Source: Bdellovibrionales bacterium (lineage in GTDB: Bacteria > Bdellovibrionota > Bdellovibrionia > Bdellovibrionales > UBA1609). Taken from it: 64,000 nucleotides of DNA. Below, piece by piece: positions 48,261 to 57,212 of this stretch. The notes below the pieces were generated by a model. The model did no database searches. It was not told the DNA's origin and saw only the letters and a program-made list of their open reading frames with translations. Each line of letters begins with the position of its first letter. Position 1 is the stretch's first letter. The translations under genes were made by a program, and so were the position numbers. The stretch covers positions 128,001 through 192,000 of the forward strand of contig JAWLHR010000003.1 in NCBI GenBank assembly GCA_041690295.1, in the 5' to 3' direction.

Positions 48261-48796
48261 ACCTTTTCACTCATCCGTCGAATGTCTTCTTTGAGTTCGG
48301 TGACCTTCATTGTGGTTTCTTTGAGGCGCCGGCCGAGAACTTCACTCAGCCGTATAAGAATCTTCACTCCCGTGGCGGGCTGTCTTTCGAGAATTTCGAG
48401 AAGGTCCGGTTTGAAGAATCCGATCAACACACTTTCCTCGGCGGCGATGGCCGTCGCCGTCCGGCGCGAGTTGCTTTCGACCAATGAAAGTTCACCCAGA
48501 AAGTCACCGCCTTTCAGGCGCGTGACCATATGGCTGCGGGGTGGAAGGTCATCTTCAATGGAATGATCCACGTAGATGTCGAGTGATCCGCGCAGAATGA
48601 TATACATTCCGACACCGATTTCACCCTGCCTGAAAACGGCTTCTCCGGCTTTGAACGTTCGCACGTGAACCGTGTCCTGAACGAAGCGCAGCTCCTTCTT
48701 GGAAAGGGACTGAAACACGTACGCCTGGCGCAAGGCTTCGAAAACGTCCTGATCCTGATCACTTTTTCGAAATAAGTTTTCCCAGATGAAGCTCAC
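48257..48796 (-). CDS. Cyclic nucleotide-binding domain protein
   Basis: VFRQGE, FLGELSL, RRTATAIA; no HTH. Confidence 0.88.
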   Translation of the reverse strand: MSFIWENLFRKSDQDQDVFEALRQAYVFQSLSKKELRFVQDTVHVRTFKAGEAVFRQGEIGVGMYIILRGSLDIYVDHSIEDDLPPRSHMVTRLKGGDFLGELSLVESNSRRTATAIAAEESVLIGFFKPDLLEILERQPATGVKILIRLSEVLGRRLKETTMKVTELKEDIRRMSEKV

Positions 48797-49563
48797 AACT
48801 TTTTCCCCTCGTTGGTGATCAAAACCTCGTCCTTCTTAACCCAACCCCTCGCGCCGTCCGAGTTTTGCACTTGCAGCCACTCATCTTGATCGCGGCGGAT
48901 TAAAACTTCATTCCCACCGCGCAATTCAAACAGGCTGACGCCTTCTTCGGCGGGCAAGCTTCGCGCGGCGACGTTGGCTTTCACCACGGTCGCCCGAACT
49001 GTTCCGAGAAATTGCATTTTAACCGTGAACACGCTCAAAACGCCTAACAAAATCAGGCTCAGTACGGCGGCGGTGAAGGGAAACGGGGGCTTGGGTTGTT
49101 CCAGCTCCAGAGCGGTCTTGCGTGCGGCGATGTATCGGATCCAAATCCAACCCGTGATGGCTAGGACCAGGGCCAACAGCCACGCGATTTCATGAATCGA
49201 GATCGATTCCAGTGTGCGTCGAATACCCAAACTGAGAGAGTCGCGCTCGAACGGAGTCATGGCGAACTTGGATTCCATGAAAGTTCGGCCCGCCAGAGCT
49301 GGACGAAAGCGCGGATCGACTGCTAATGCCTTGCGCCAAAAAGCCATCGCGTAGGCTTTTTCATCGAGTTGAAAATAGGTGAGGGCCAAATTGTGAAATA
49401 AAGCGGGACTTGTGCGCCCCTGTGACACCAGGTTTTGAAAATGATCACGCGCTTCCTCGAACTGCTTGTTCTGGTAGGCAGCCAATCCCTTTTGGAATAA
49501 ATCATCAGCAAAGAGTGCAGGGGAAGCCGTAAGCGTTACCCAAAGGCAAAGCCATCGCCACAT
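48793..49563 (-). CDS. TPR + TM + SH3 protein (BatE-like)
   Basis: True start MWRWLC at 49563; signal peptide, TPR, two TM helices, C-terminal WLQV...GWV SH3b. Confidence 0.78.
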   Translation of the reverse strand: MWRWLCLWVTLTASPALFADDLFQKGLAAYQNKQFEEARDHFQNLVSQGRTSPALFHNLALTYFQLDEKAYAMAFWRKALAVDPRFRPALAGRTFMESKFAMTPFERDSLSLGIRRTLESISIHEIAWLLALVLAITGWIWIRYIAARKTALELEQPKPPFPFTAAVLSLILLGVLSVFTVKMQFLGTVRATVVKANVAARSLPAEEGVSLFELRGGNEVLIRRDQDEWLQVQNSDGARGWVKKDEVLITNEGKKL

Positions 49564-49623
49564 TTGTAGAAGTTTACGGACTCTCTTCGCAGGAGTAAAC
49601 TGAAAATCCCGAAAGGAATTCAC

Positions 49624-50994
49624 ATGGCAAAAACACTTGGGCAGGAATTGAAAGACGCGAACGAAGTCCGTTCGTTGCTGGATCAATTGGTTGAGCAGGC
49701 TCTGGTGTATAGCCAGCGCATTAAAGGGGTTAAGCCGGCGGATCCCGAATTGTCGGCGGGCTATCAAGACACCGTGCGTGCGATTGGAGAGGTTCGCAGC
49801 CGCCCCCTTTATTACGATTACGTCGGATCGGGCGTCGGGCGCGGTCCCTACGTTGAACTCGCCGACGGCAGCGTGAAACTGGATCTCATTAACGGAATCG
49901 GAATTCACCTTTTTGGGCATTCTCATCCGCGGTTGATAAGAGCGACTTTGAAAGGCGCGCTCGCCGACATTGTTTACCAGGGAAATCTCCAACCCAATCA
50001 GGAATATCTTGAATATAGCCGCAAGCTCAAAGAACTGGCATCGCGCAACAGCCGCCTGAAGTACGTTTGGCTTTCCACCTGCGGCACGATGTCCAATGAA
50101 AACGCCTTGAAAATGTCCCGTCAAAAAACCAAGGGGCGGATGATCCTTACCTTCCGGAACGCGTTCGCCGGCCGATCCACGATGATGACGGAGATCACCG
50201 ACAACCCCGCGTTCAAAGTGGACATGCCGGATTACAACGAGGTGTTGCGGTTGCCGTTTTATGATCCCAAAGCGCCGGCCGACCACACCTTGAACGCCTT
50301 GAAGGAACATGTGGCCAAACACGGAAAAAACATTTGCTGCTTTGTTTTTGAACCGATGTTGGGAGAAGGCGGTTACCGCGCGGCGAACCGGGAGTTTTTC
50401 ATTCCCCTTTTGGAATTTTGCCGCGAACACAAAATCCCCGTGTGGGCGGATGAAATTCAGACCTTCACGCGAACCGGACAATTCTTCGCCTTTGAAACTT
50501 ACGGCATCGGTGAATACATCGATCTTTGCACGATCGCGAAAGTTGGGCAGAACGGCGCGACCCTTTTCACTGAGGAAATGAAACCGGACCCCGGTCTTCT
50601 CGGTGGAACTTTCTCTGGATCCACTCCGGCGCTGAGCGCGGGTCTCGAAATTTTCAAGATGCTCGAAGAAGACGGATACATGGGCCCCAATGGAAAGATC
50701 ATGGGCATCCATCGCGAATTCGTGGGCATGCTCAACGAGCTGAACGAAACGACTTGTAAAGGTCTGTTGCGAGAAGCCGGGGGGCTCGGGCTCATGGTGG
50801 CGGTGACCCCCCTTGATGGTTCCAAAGAAAAGCAGGGCGCGCTGCTGAAAACCTTGTTTAAAAACGGTCTGATTTGCTTCGGCTGCGGCAGTAATCCCTG
50901 GCGCATCCGGTTCTTGCTTCCGGCGGTGATGACTTCCGCTGATATCGCGGTCGCCCGCGGGATCATCGAGAAGTCGGTTTTGGAGCTGGCTTGA
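49624..50994 (+). CDS. Class III aminotransferase (succinylornithine/acetylornithine transaminase-like)
   Basis: GHSHP, NENALK, EPMLGEGG, DEIQT, PLP Lys in TIAK. Confidence 0.85.
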   Translation: MAKTLGQELKDANEVRSLLDQLVEQALVYSQRIKGVKPADPELSAGYQDTVRAIGEVRSRPLYYDYVGSGVGRGPYVELADGSVKLDLINGIGIHLFGHSHPRLIRATLKGALADIVYQGNLQPNQEYLEYSRKLKELASRNSRLKYVWLSTCGTMSNENALKMSRQKTKGRMILTFRNAFAGRSTMMTEITDNPAFKVDMPDYNEVLRLPFYDPKAPADHTLNALKEHVAKHGKNICCFVFEPMLGEGGYRAANREFFIPLLEFCREHKIPVWADEIQTFTRTGQFFAFETYGIGEYIDLCTIAKVGQNGATLFTEEMKPDPGLLGGTFSGSTPALSAGLEIFKMLEEDGYMGPNGKIMGIHREFVGMLNELNETTCKGLLREAGGLGLMVAVTPLDGSKEKQGALLKTLFKNGLICFGCGSNPWRIRFLLPAVMTSADIAVARGIIEKSVLELA

Positions 50995-52337
50995 AGTTTC
51001 TCGACCATTGCCGCCAGTTTGTCGGGCTGGATTCGACGCCCGGCCATGGGAATTTGGCGGTGGCCGAATTCGCGGCGGATCTCTGTCGCGAAGCCGGTCT
51101 GCATGTGGAGCTGCAACAGGAAGCGGTCGCGGGGATTGATGAATGTAATCTCATCGCCCGTCCCGCGCCCGCGCGTCCCGAGAGGGAATTGCTTTTGCAA
51201 ACCCATCTCGACACTGTGGACGCCGGCCATTTCAGTCAATGGACGAAAACCCAATTCAATCCTTTCAACGCCAGCATTTACAACGACGTGATTTACGGTT
51301 TGGGAACCGCGGACGTTAAGCTGGACTTTCTCTGCAAGCTGGAAGCGGTTAAAGCCCTCGCTGGTAAGAATTTGAAACTTCCGTTTGTTCTCGTGGGGAC
51401 GTTCGGCGGCTCCCAGAGCGCGATGAGCGGCGCCATTAAACTCATTCGCAAAAAGAAGATCAGCGCGGTTTACGCTATGATCGGAGAGCCGACCGCGATG
51501 CGAATGGCGACGGCGGGCACCGGTTTGGCCGTCGTGGAAATTTCCATTCCGTTTTCGCCCGAAGAACAAGCTTACCGGCGCGATCACGATCTTCTTGAGT
51601 CCACCACCACACAAAGCCGGATATTCCGCGGAAAAGCGGCGCACTCGTCGAACCCCGTAATGGGTGAAAACGCGATCATGAAAATGCTCGAGTATTTGGC
51701 GCAATTGCCCGAAGGCATCGCGGTCATGGATTTAAACGGCGGCGTCAGTTTGAACTCGGTTCCTTCGGACGCGGTTTTGGAAATCGATTTGGTGGCGGGC
51801 TTCAGGGATCCGATCTTGCCTAAAATCTCGCGCATCTACTCCGCGCTTCTTGAATTGCAGCGCGATCTGCAAGAGGTGAAAGAGGAAGGGTTTTCACCGC
51901 CTTACTCCACGATCAACATCGGTCGTATTCGCACCGATCAGGATGGAGTGGTGTTAAGCGGAAGTTGTCGGCTGTTGCCTCGGGTGACCGATGAAATCTA
52001 CGAGGAATGGATTCAGAAGCTGGCCCGTGCGATTCAAAACGAAGGCGCAACATTTCGCGTCAAAGATTATCGCCGTGGCTTCAGCGCGGCCGTTGACACA
52101 CAGTTCGTGAAAACCACACAGGCGGTATTGGCGGAGATGGGTTTGAACCCAGAGCCGTGTAAATTGGCGCAATCGACGGAAGCGAACGTTTTCAGCCGTT
52201 TGGGCATTGAATGTTTGGTCTGGGGCCCGGGGCAAAGTGTCGGCAATTCACACGCACCCAATGAATGTATAAAATTATCTGATTTACGAATGGCGATCGA
52301 TTTCTATACGCGATTGCTTGAAAGGCTTTGCTTGTGA
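50991..52337 (+). CDS. M20-family deacylase (ArgE/DapE-like) with degenerate EE motif
   Basis: HLDTV, GTADVK, GEPT, AAHSS, SHAPNE; GTFGGSQS where EE is expected. Confidence 0.8.
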   Translation: MKFLDHCRQFVGLDSTPGHGNLAVAEFAADLCREAGLHVELQQEAVAGIDECNLIARPAPARPERELLLQTHLDTVDAGHFSQWTKTQFNPFNASIYNDVIYGLGTADVKLDFLCKLEAVKALAGKNLKLPFVLVGTFGGSQSAMSGAIKLIRKKKISAVYAMIGEPTAMRMATAGTGLAVVEISIPFSPEEQAYRRDHDLLESTTTQSRIFRGKAAHSSNPVMGENAIMKMLEYLAQLPEGIAVMDLNGGVSLNSVPSDAVLEIDLVAGFRDPILPKISRIYSALLELQRDLQEVKEEGFSPPYSTINIGRIRTDQDGVVLSGSCRLLPRVTDEIYEEWIQKLARAIQNEGATFRVKDYRRGFSAAVDTQFVKTTQAVLAEMGLNPEPCKLAQSTEANVFSRLGIECLVWGPGQSVGNSHAPNECIKLSDLRMAIDFYTRLLERLCL

Positions 52338-53365
52338 GTTTCATAGTTCGCGCGGTTCAGCGTGAAGATGCCCAGCAGCTTCTTGAGTTAGCCCGGCAGT
52401 TCACGCTGCTCAATCTGCCCGCCGAAAAAAGAGTGATCGAGAACAAGATCGAAAAGAGCCTTGCGGCCTTCGCCGGTGAGCTGAGCAAAGCGGACGCCGA
52501 ATACATGTTCGTGGTGGAAGACGTCGAAGCCAACATGGTGGTCGGCAGCTCCCTGATTCTGGCGAAGAACGGCAGCCCGAATTCTCCCAATTTCAGTTAC
52601 AAGATTTTGAAAAAAGAACGATTCAGCCGCGAATTGGGAATCGGCTTCATTCATCAGGTGTTAAGACTGAACGCCAATATCGACGGTCCGACGGAAGTGG
52701 GCGGACTCGTCGTGGATCGCGCCTATCGCCGGCGGCCCGAAAAAATCGGCCGCCTCATCAGTTTAAGCCGATTCCTTTACATCGGCATGGAACCCGAGCG
52801 CTTCGAAGATGAGTTGCACGCGGAAATGGCGCCGCCTCTGACGGAAGAAGGTCGCAGTGAATTTTGGGAGGCGCTCGGCCGGCGCTTCACGGGCATGCCT
52901 TACACCGAGGCCGATCAAATCAGCAGTCAGAACAACGGCTTCATCCAAAGTTTATTTCCCGAAGAAGACATTTATCTCACATTATTGGATTCGCGCGCCC
53001 GGCTTGTCCTGGGACGAGTGGCGGACGAAACCCAACCCGCGCTGCATCTGTTGAACCGGATCGGCTTTCGCTACAAAGACGAGGTGGATCCGTTCGACGG
53101 TGGTCCGCATTTGGGCTGCGCCACCAAAGATTGTCTTTTGATTAAAAATTTAAAGAAGTACGTTTTGAAGCCGCATAGCTCAGGCCAATTCACGCATACA
53201 GGTTTGATCGGACTCTTGCGCGATGGCAGCTATTTAGGCGCGTCCAGTTCGTATCGGCTTGAAGATGACGGCGTCGTTTTACCTGAAAAAACGTGGGCGC
53301 TGTTGAATTTAAGTGCCGGCGAAGAAATCTACATTTCACCGATCATGGGAGCGAATGACCTATGA
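52334..53365 (+). CDS. astA: Arginine/ornithine N-succinyltransferase
   Basis: LSRFLYI, SEFWEALGRRF, DPFDGGP. Confidence 0.87.
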   Translation: MSFIVRAVQREDAQQLLELARQFTLLNLPAEKRVIENKIEKSLAAFAGELSKADAEYMFVVEDVEANMVVGSSLILAKNGSPNSPNFSYKILKKERFSRELGIGFIHQVLRLNANIDGPTEVGGLVVDRAYRRRPEKIGRLISLSRFLYIGMEPERFEDELHAEMAPPLTEEGRSEFWEALGRRFTGMPYTEADQISSQNNGFIQSLFPEEDIYLTLLDSRARLVLGRVADETQPALHLLNRIGFRYKDEVDPFDGGPHLGCATKDCLLIKNLKKYVLKPHSSGQFTHTGLIGLLRDGSYLGASSSYRLEDDGVVLPEKTWALLNLSAGEEIYISPIMGANDL

Positions 53366-54879
53366 GCAAAGAAAAACAGTTACAGTATGCCGGCGATTTT
53401 ATTGGGGGCAAATTCGTCGTGCCGGAGAGCCCGGACGAATCCTGGGAAATCGCTTCGCCCGCCAATTTGAAGGACATCGTGTTTCGGGCCCAGGGAAAAT
53501 ATGATCACGTAGACCGCGCGGTGCAAGCGGCGCGCGCGGCCTATTTGCCGTGGGCGCACTTGGGATTGGAAAAGCGAAAAGAACATTTGCTGCGGCTCAA
53601 GGAAGTTTTCCTGGCCGGTGCCGCGGAAGTCACGGAAATCATCGCTCGCGAAACCGGAAAACCGTTGTGGGAAGCGAAAACCGAGGCGGCGGCACTGGCG
53701 AGCAAAATCGACATAACACTCAACTTCTCAATGAAACTCGTCGACGAAGAGGTGGTTCCCAACGCGCTCCCCGGGGTGAACGGATATATCCGTTACAAGC
53801 CCCGAGGCGTGATGAGCGTGATCGGCCCATTCAACTTTCCCGCTCATTTGCCGAACGGACACATCATTCCGGCGCTGGCCACTGGGAATACGGTCGTCTT
53901 CAAGCCTTCGGATAAAACACCCGCGACCGGCCAGTGGATGGCGGAAGCCTTCGCCAAGGCCCAGTTCCCGCCTGGAGTGTTCAATTTGGTGCAGGGTCAG
54001 GCCGAAGTGGGTAAACGATTGGTCAACCATGAGTCCGTGGATGCCGTGTTATTCACGGGTTCTTATGAAGTCGGACTGAAAATCAAGCAGGACACGGTTT
54101 CCCAATACTGGAAACTTTTGGCGCTGGAAATGGGCGGCAAGAACGCCACTGTTGTGTGGGAAGATGCCGACATCAAGAAAGCCGTGTACGAAACACTGAT
54201 CGGTGCGTTCATGACCGCCGGCCAGCGATGCTCCTGCACCAGCCGGGTTATTTTACATCGCAAAATCCGCGATCAATTCGTTGATGAATTTTACGCCAAC
54301 GCGAAGAAAATCAAAATTGGGCACTTTCGCGACGACGTGTTCATGGGGCCGCTGATCAGCTCGGATTCACTTGAGAAATTTCTGCGTTATCAGGAAATCG
54401 CCAAACGTGAAGGCGCCGAAAGCCTCATGCGAGGAAAAGCTCTGAGTCTTGATTATGACGGCTACTACGTCACCCCGAGCATTAACTTGGTCCACAAATT
54501 CGATCCCACGTCGGTTTATCAAAAAAGTGAAATCTTCGGGCCCAACGTGGCGATCTTCACGGTGGATGACTTTGACGAGGCTTTGACCATCAATAACGCT
54601 TCGAACTTTGGTCTGGTTATGTCGCTCTTCACGAAGAATCGCGCGCTGTACGAAAAAGCGTTGATCGAAGCCCAGGTGGGAGTGTTGAATTTAAATCGGA
54701 CCACCAACGGCGCCAGTTCGAAACTGCCGTTCGGCGGAATGAACAAGTCGGGTAATGATCGCCCGTCAGGTCATTTCGCGGTGAAGTACACGACGGTGCC
54801 GGTGGCCAGCCTGGAAGATGAACCCACGTTCCAGAACGTGCAGATGCCTCCGGGCTTGAACTTCGAATATAAGGGTTGA
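53362..54879 (+). CDS. astD: Succinylglutamate-semialdehyde dehydrogenase
   Basis: GPFNFPAHLPNGHIIPAL, LEMGG, AGQRC, SGNDRPS. Confidence 0.88.
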   Translation: MSKEKQLQYAGDFIGGKFVVPESPDESWEIASPANLKDIVFRAQGKYDHVDRAVQAARAAYLPWAHLGLEKRKEHLLRLKEVFLAGAAEVTEIIARETGKPLWEAKTEAAALASKIDITLNFSMKLVDEEVVPNALPGVNGYIRYKPRGVMSVIGPFNFPAHLPNGHIIPALATGNTVVFKPSDKTPATGQWMAEAFAKAQFPPGVFNLVQGQAEVGKRLVNHESVDAVLFTGSYEVGLKIKQDTVSQYWKLLALEMGGKNATVVWEDADIKKAVYETLIGAFMTAGQRCSCTSRVILHRKIRDQFVDEFYANAKKIKIGHFRDDVFMGPLISSDSLEKFLRYQEIAKREGAESLMRGKALSLDYDGYYVTPSINLVHKFDPTSVYQKSEIFGPNVAIFTVDDFDEALTINNASNFGLVMSLFTKNRALYEKALIEAQVGVLNLNRTTNGASSKLPFGGMNKSGNDRPSGHFAVKYTTVPVASLEDEPTFQNVQMPPGLNFEYKG

Positions 54880-54882
54880 GAT

Positions 54883-55950
54883 TTGACTCGTATCATTACC
54901 CTTCTTTTGGCGCTCTTGGTTGGCTACCTGGGTTTTGAAGTTTTTCGATTCACTTCGGCGGGTCCCGGTAGCGCTGAAGAAAAAATCGTATTTGAGATTC
55001 CCGCGGGACGCTCATTTCGCCAGGTGGCTGAGGACCTTCAGAACAAAGGCGTTATCTTAAGCGCCTTCAAAATGCGAGTGATCGCGCGGTTGACCGGATT
55101 GGATGCCAAAGTCAAACGGGGCGAATACGCTTTACACCGAGCCATGACACCGCAAGAGGTGTTGAGCGTGCTGATTTCCGGAAAAAGCATTCAGTATCCG
55201 ATCACTTTTCCCGAGGGCAGCAACATTTTTGAAATGGCCGCATTGCTAGAGTCCAAGGGCTTCTTCAAGGCGGACGACTTTATCAAAGCTTGCAAAAACA
55301 AAGAGATCATCCGTGAGCTTTTGGGCGTGGAGGTTTCATCGCTTGAAGGTTACCTCTTTCCCGAAACCTACCAACTCACCAAGTTCACGACCATCAAGGA
55401 GTTGCTCACCAGTATGGTGAACAATTTTAAAACCGTTTATTCCATGGTGGAGAATCAGTTTCCGCCCCAAGGTCAAAACCGGTTGGCCCGTCATGAACTT
55501 GTTACCCTGGCGAGCATTGTTGAAAAAGAAACGGGCGCGCCTGAAGAGCGCTCAATGATCGCTTCGGTGTTCTACAATCGCCTGCAAAAGAACATGCGTT
55601 TGCAAAGTGATCCCACGATTATCTACGGCATCTGGGACGAGACCGGCAGATATATAAAGAACATCACCAAAGAGGATATCGAGCGGCCGACCCGCTATAA
55701 TACCTATACGGTTCCCAGGCTCCCGTTTGGACCAATCGCGAACCCCGGGCGAGAGGCGTTTGAAGCGGTCATGAACCCCGCCCAGACGGATTACCTCTAT
55801 TTTGTCAGTCGCAATGACGGAACCCATGTCTTTTCGCGGACTTATGAAGACCATCTAAAAGCGGTCAGGACCTTTCAGCTGGACCCTCGCGCCCGCGCCG
55901 GCAAAAGTTGGCGGGATCTTCACCAGCGCAAGGAAGCCTCTCAGCGATAA
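54883..55950 (+). CDS. mltG: Endolytic transglycosylase MltG
   Basis: LEGYLFPETY, LASIVEKE, LQSDPT, YLYFV. Confidence 0.94.
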   Translation: MTRIITLLLALLVGYLGFEVFRFTSAGPGSAEEKIVFEIPAGRSFRQVAEDLQNKGVILSAFKMRVIARLTGLDAKVKRGEYALHRAMTPQEVLSVLISGKSIQYPITFPEGSNIFEMAALLESKGFFKADDFIKACKNKEIIRELLGVEVSSLEGYLFPETYQLTKFTTIKELLTSMVNNFKTVYSMVENQFPPQGQNRLARHELVTLASIVEKETGAPEERSMIASVFYNRLQKNMRLQSDPTIIYGIWDETGRYIKNITKEDIERPTRYNTYTVPRLPFGPIANPGREAFEAVMNPAQTDYLYFVSRNDGTHVFSRTYEDHLKAVRTFQLDPRARAGKSWRDLHQRKEASQR

Positions 55951-56063
55951 CTCAGTGCATTAATTCGCTAAATTACACGGTGCATAAAATTCTTATGGAA
56001 TAAACAAAAGAAATATGATCTTTTGCGGCTTTCGTTCACTGCGGTAAAGAGGCGGAGGCTGGG

Positions 56064-57212
56064 TTGATTTTTTTCTGGTTAGCACTCTCATTAAATCTAT
56101 TTGCTTCTCAGAGTCACGTCTCGGTTCAACCCCAAACCTGCGAACAATTCCTCGAGCTTAATGAATGGGTTCTCAATCGCCGGAAGATTATCAACGGCTT
56201 TGATAATTTTCAGATCCTGCCTGAAGTCGGGGCTCGGGGTGTGAGGTTGTATCGAGGAGGCAAGGAATCCGCCTGGCGGTATTCGTGGCGGCGAATCCCA
56301 CTCCGGGACAACTTCCGCGCCAAAGCCGGTGTCGAGGTTTGGTATGCGAACGGGCAATCCTTTCAGTTCATTGATGTCGGTTTTAAAAATTTTGAGCCCG
56401 ACTGGTTCGTGCAAAATGCGATCGTCGCCGATCACATGATCCTCAATCCTAACGAAAATCTGTACATAAAATATGGGCCTCATCGGCGAGATGCCGAGTT
56501 GACTTTTCGCCATTATCGATGGGCTTTTCACGGTCATGTGGTCGAAAGATACGCCAACGTCAAAAAATATCTGACACCTCAAGATCTTTATATGCTCCAG
56601 TTCAGCAACATCGGATCAACCAACATCGATGTCTTTGGTTTGATTGCCCACGATGAAACTCTGCCGCCGGGCACGTTGCTAACAAAGGACGAAATCCGGG
56701 ACCGACTGAAGGTCACCATCCAGATCAGCTATTACGGGGAGTTCAATTTTTTTCATCCGACAATGATTGGAGCCTTGATCGCGAAAGGAATTAAAGTTCG
56801 GCAGCGCGTGTTTCGATTGCCGTTTGAAAAGCGCCTGGATCCCGATGTGGCGCTGGCCTACCGCCGCCGTTTTTACCAGAGTTTCAAGCCTGAAACGACA
56901 TGTGAGTTCACCCGACTCGCAAAATTCGCGAATGACGTGCCTCGGCCGGTATTCGATCGTTTTATCTTGCGGGCAATGACCACCGCTGATCGTCGCGGCA
57001 TGAAAACGATTGTCGCCTCGGGTGATGAGTACACGACCCGGTTGTTTCATCGTTACGGGTTTAAAACTTACGCGCCCCTGCCAACGAACTCAGGTGTGAA
57101 TGAGTATTTGAGTTATCTGGAAATCGGCAGTCCTGAGTACTGGGAAGTTTATGAACGACTGTTGGATTCCGCATTGAAAGTGATCGTGAGGACGAATTGG
57201 AAGAGAAAATGA
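56064..57212 (+). CDS. Hypothetical protein with possible signal peptide and C-terminal acyltransferase (LuxI/GNAT-like) fold
   Basis: TCEFTRLA...RAMTTADRRGMKTIVASGDEYTTRLFHRYGF; SD GGAGG before TTG. Confidence 0.6.
   Translation: MIFFWLALSLNLFASQSHVSVQPQTCEQFLELNEWVLNRRKIINGFDNFQILPEVGARGVRLYRGGKESAWRYSWRRIPLRDNFRAKAGVEVWYANGQSFQFIDVGFKNFEPDWFVQNAIVADHMILNPNENLYIKYGPHRRDAELTFRHYRWAFHGHVVERYANVKKYLTPQDLYMLQFSNIGSTNIDVFGLIAHDETLPPGTLLTKDEIRDRLKVTIQISYYGEFNFFHPTMIGALIAKGIKVRQRVFRLPFEKRLDPDVALAYRRRFYQSFKPETTCEFTRLAKFANDVPRPVFDRFILRAMTTADRRGMKTIVASGDEYTTRLFHRYGFKTYAPLPTNSGVNEYLSYLEIGSPEYWEVYERLLDSALKVIVRTNWKRK

Noticed and set aside
49564..50712. 639-aa minus-strand ORF (48793-50712) suggesting a long overlapping gene
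   Set aside because: The N-terminal ~380 aa is the antisense shadow of the aminotransferase; the real protein starts at 49563 with a signal peptide.
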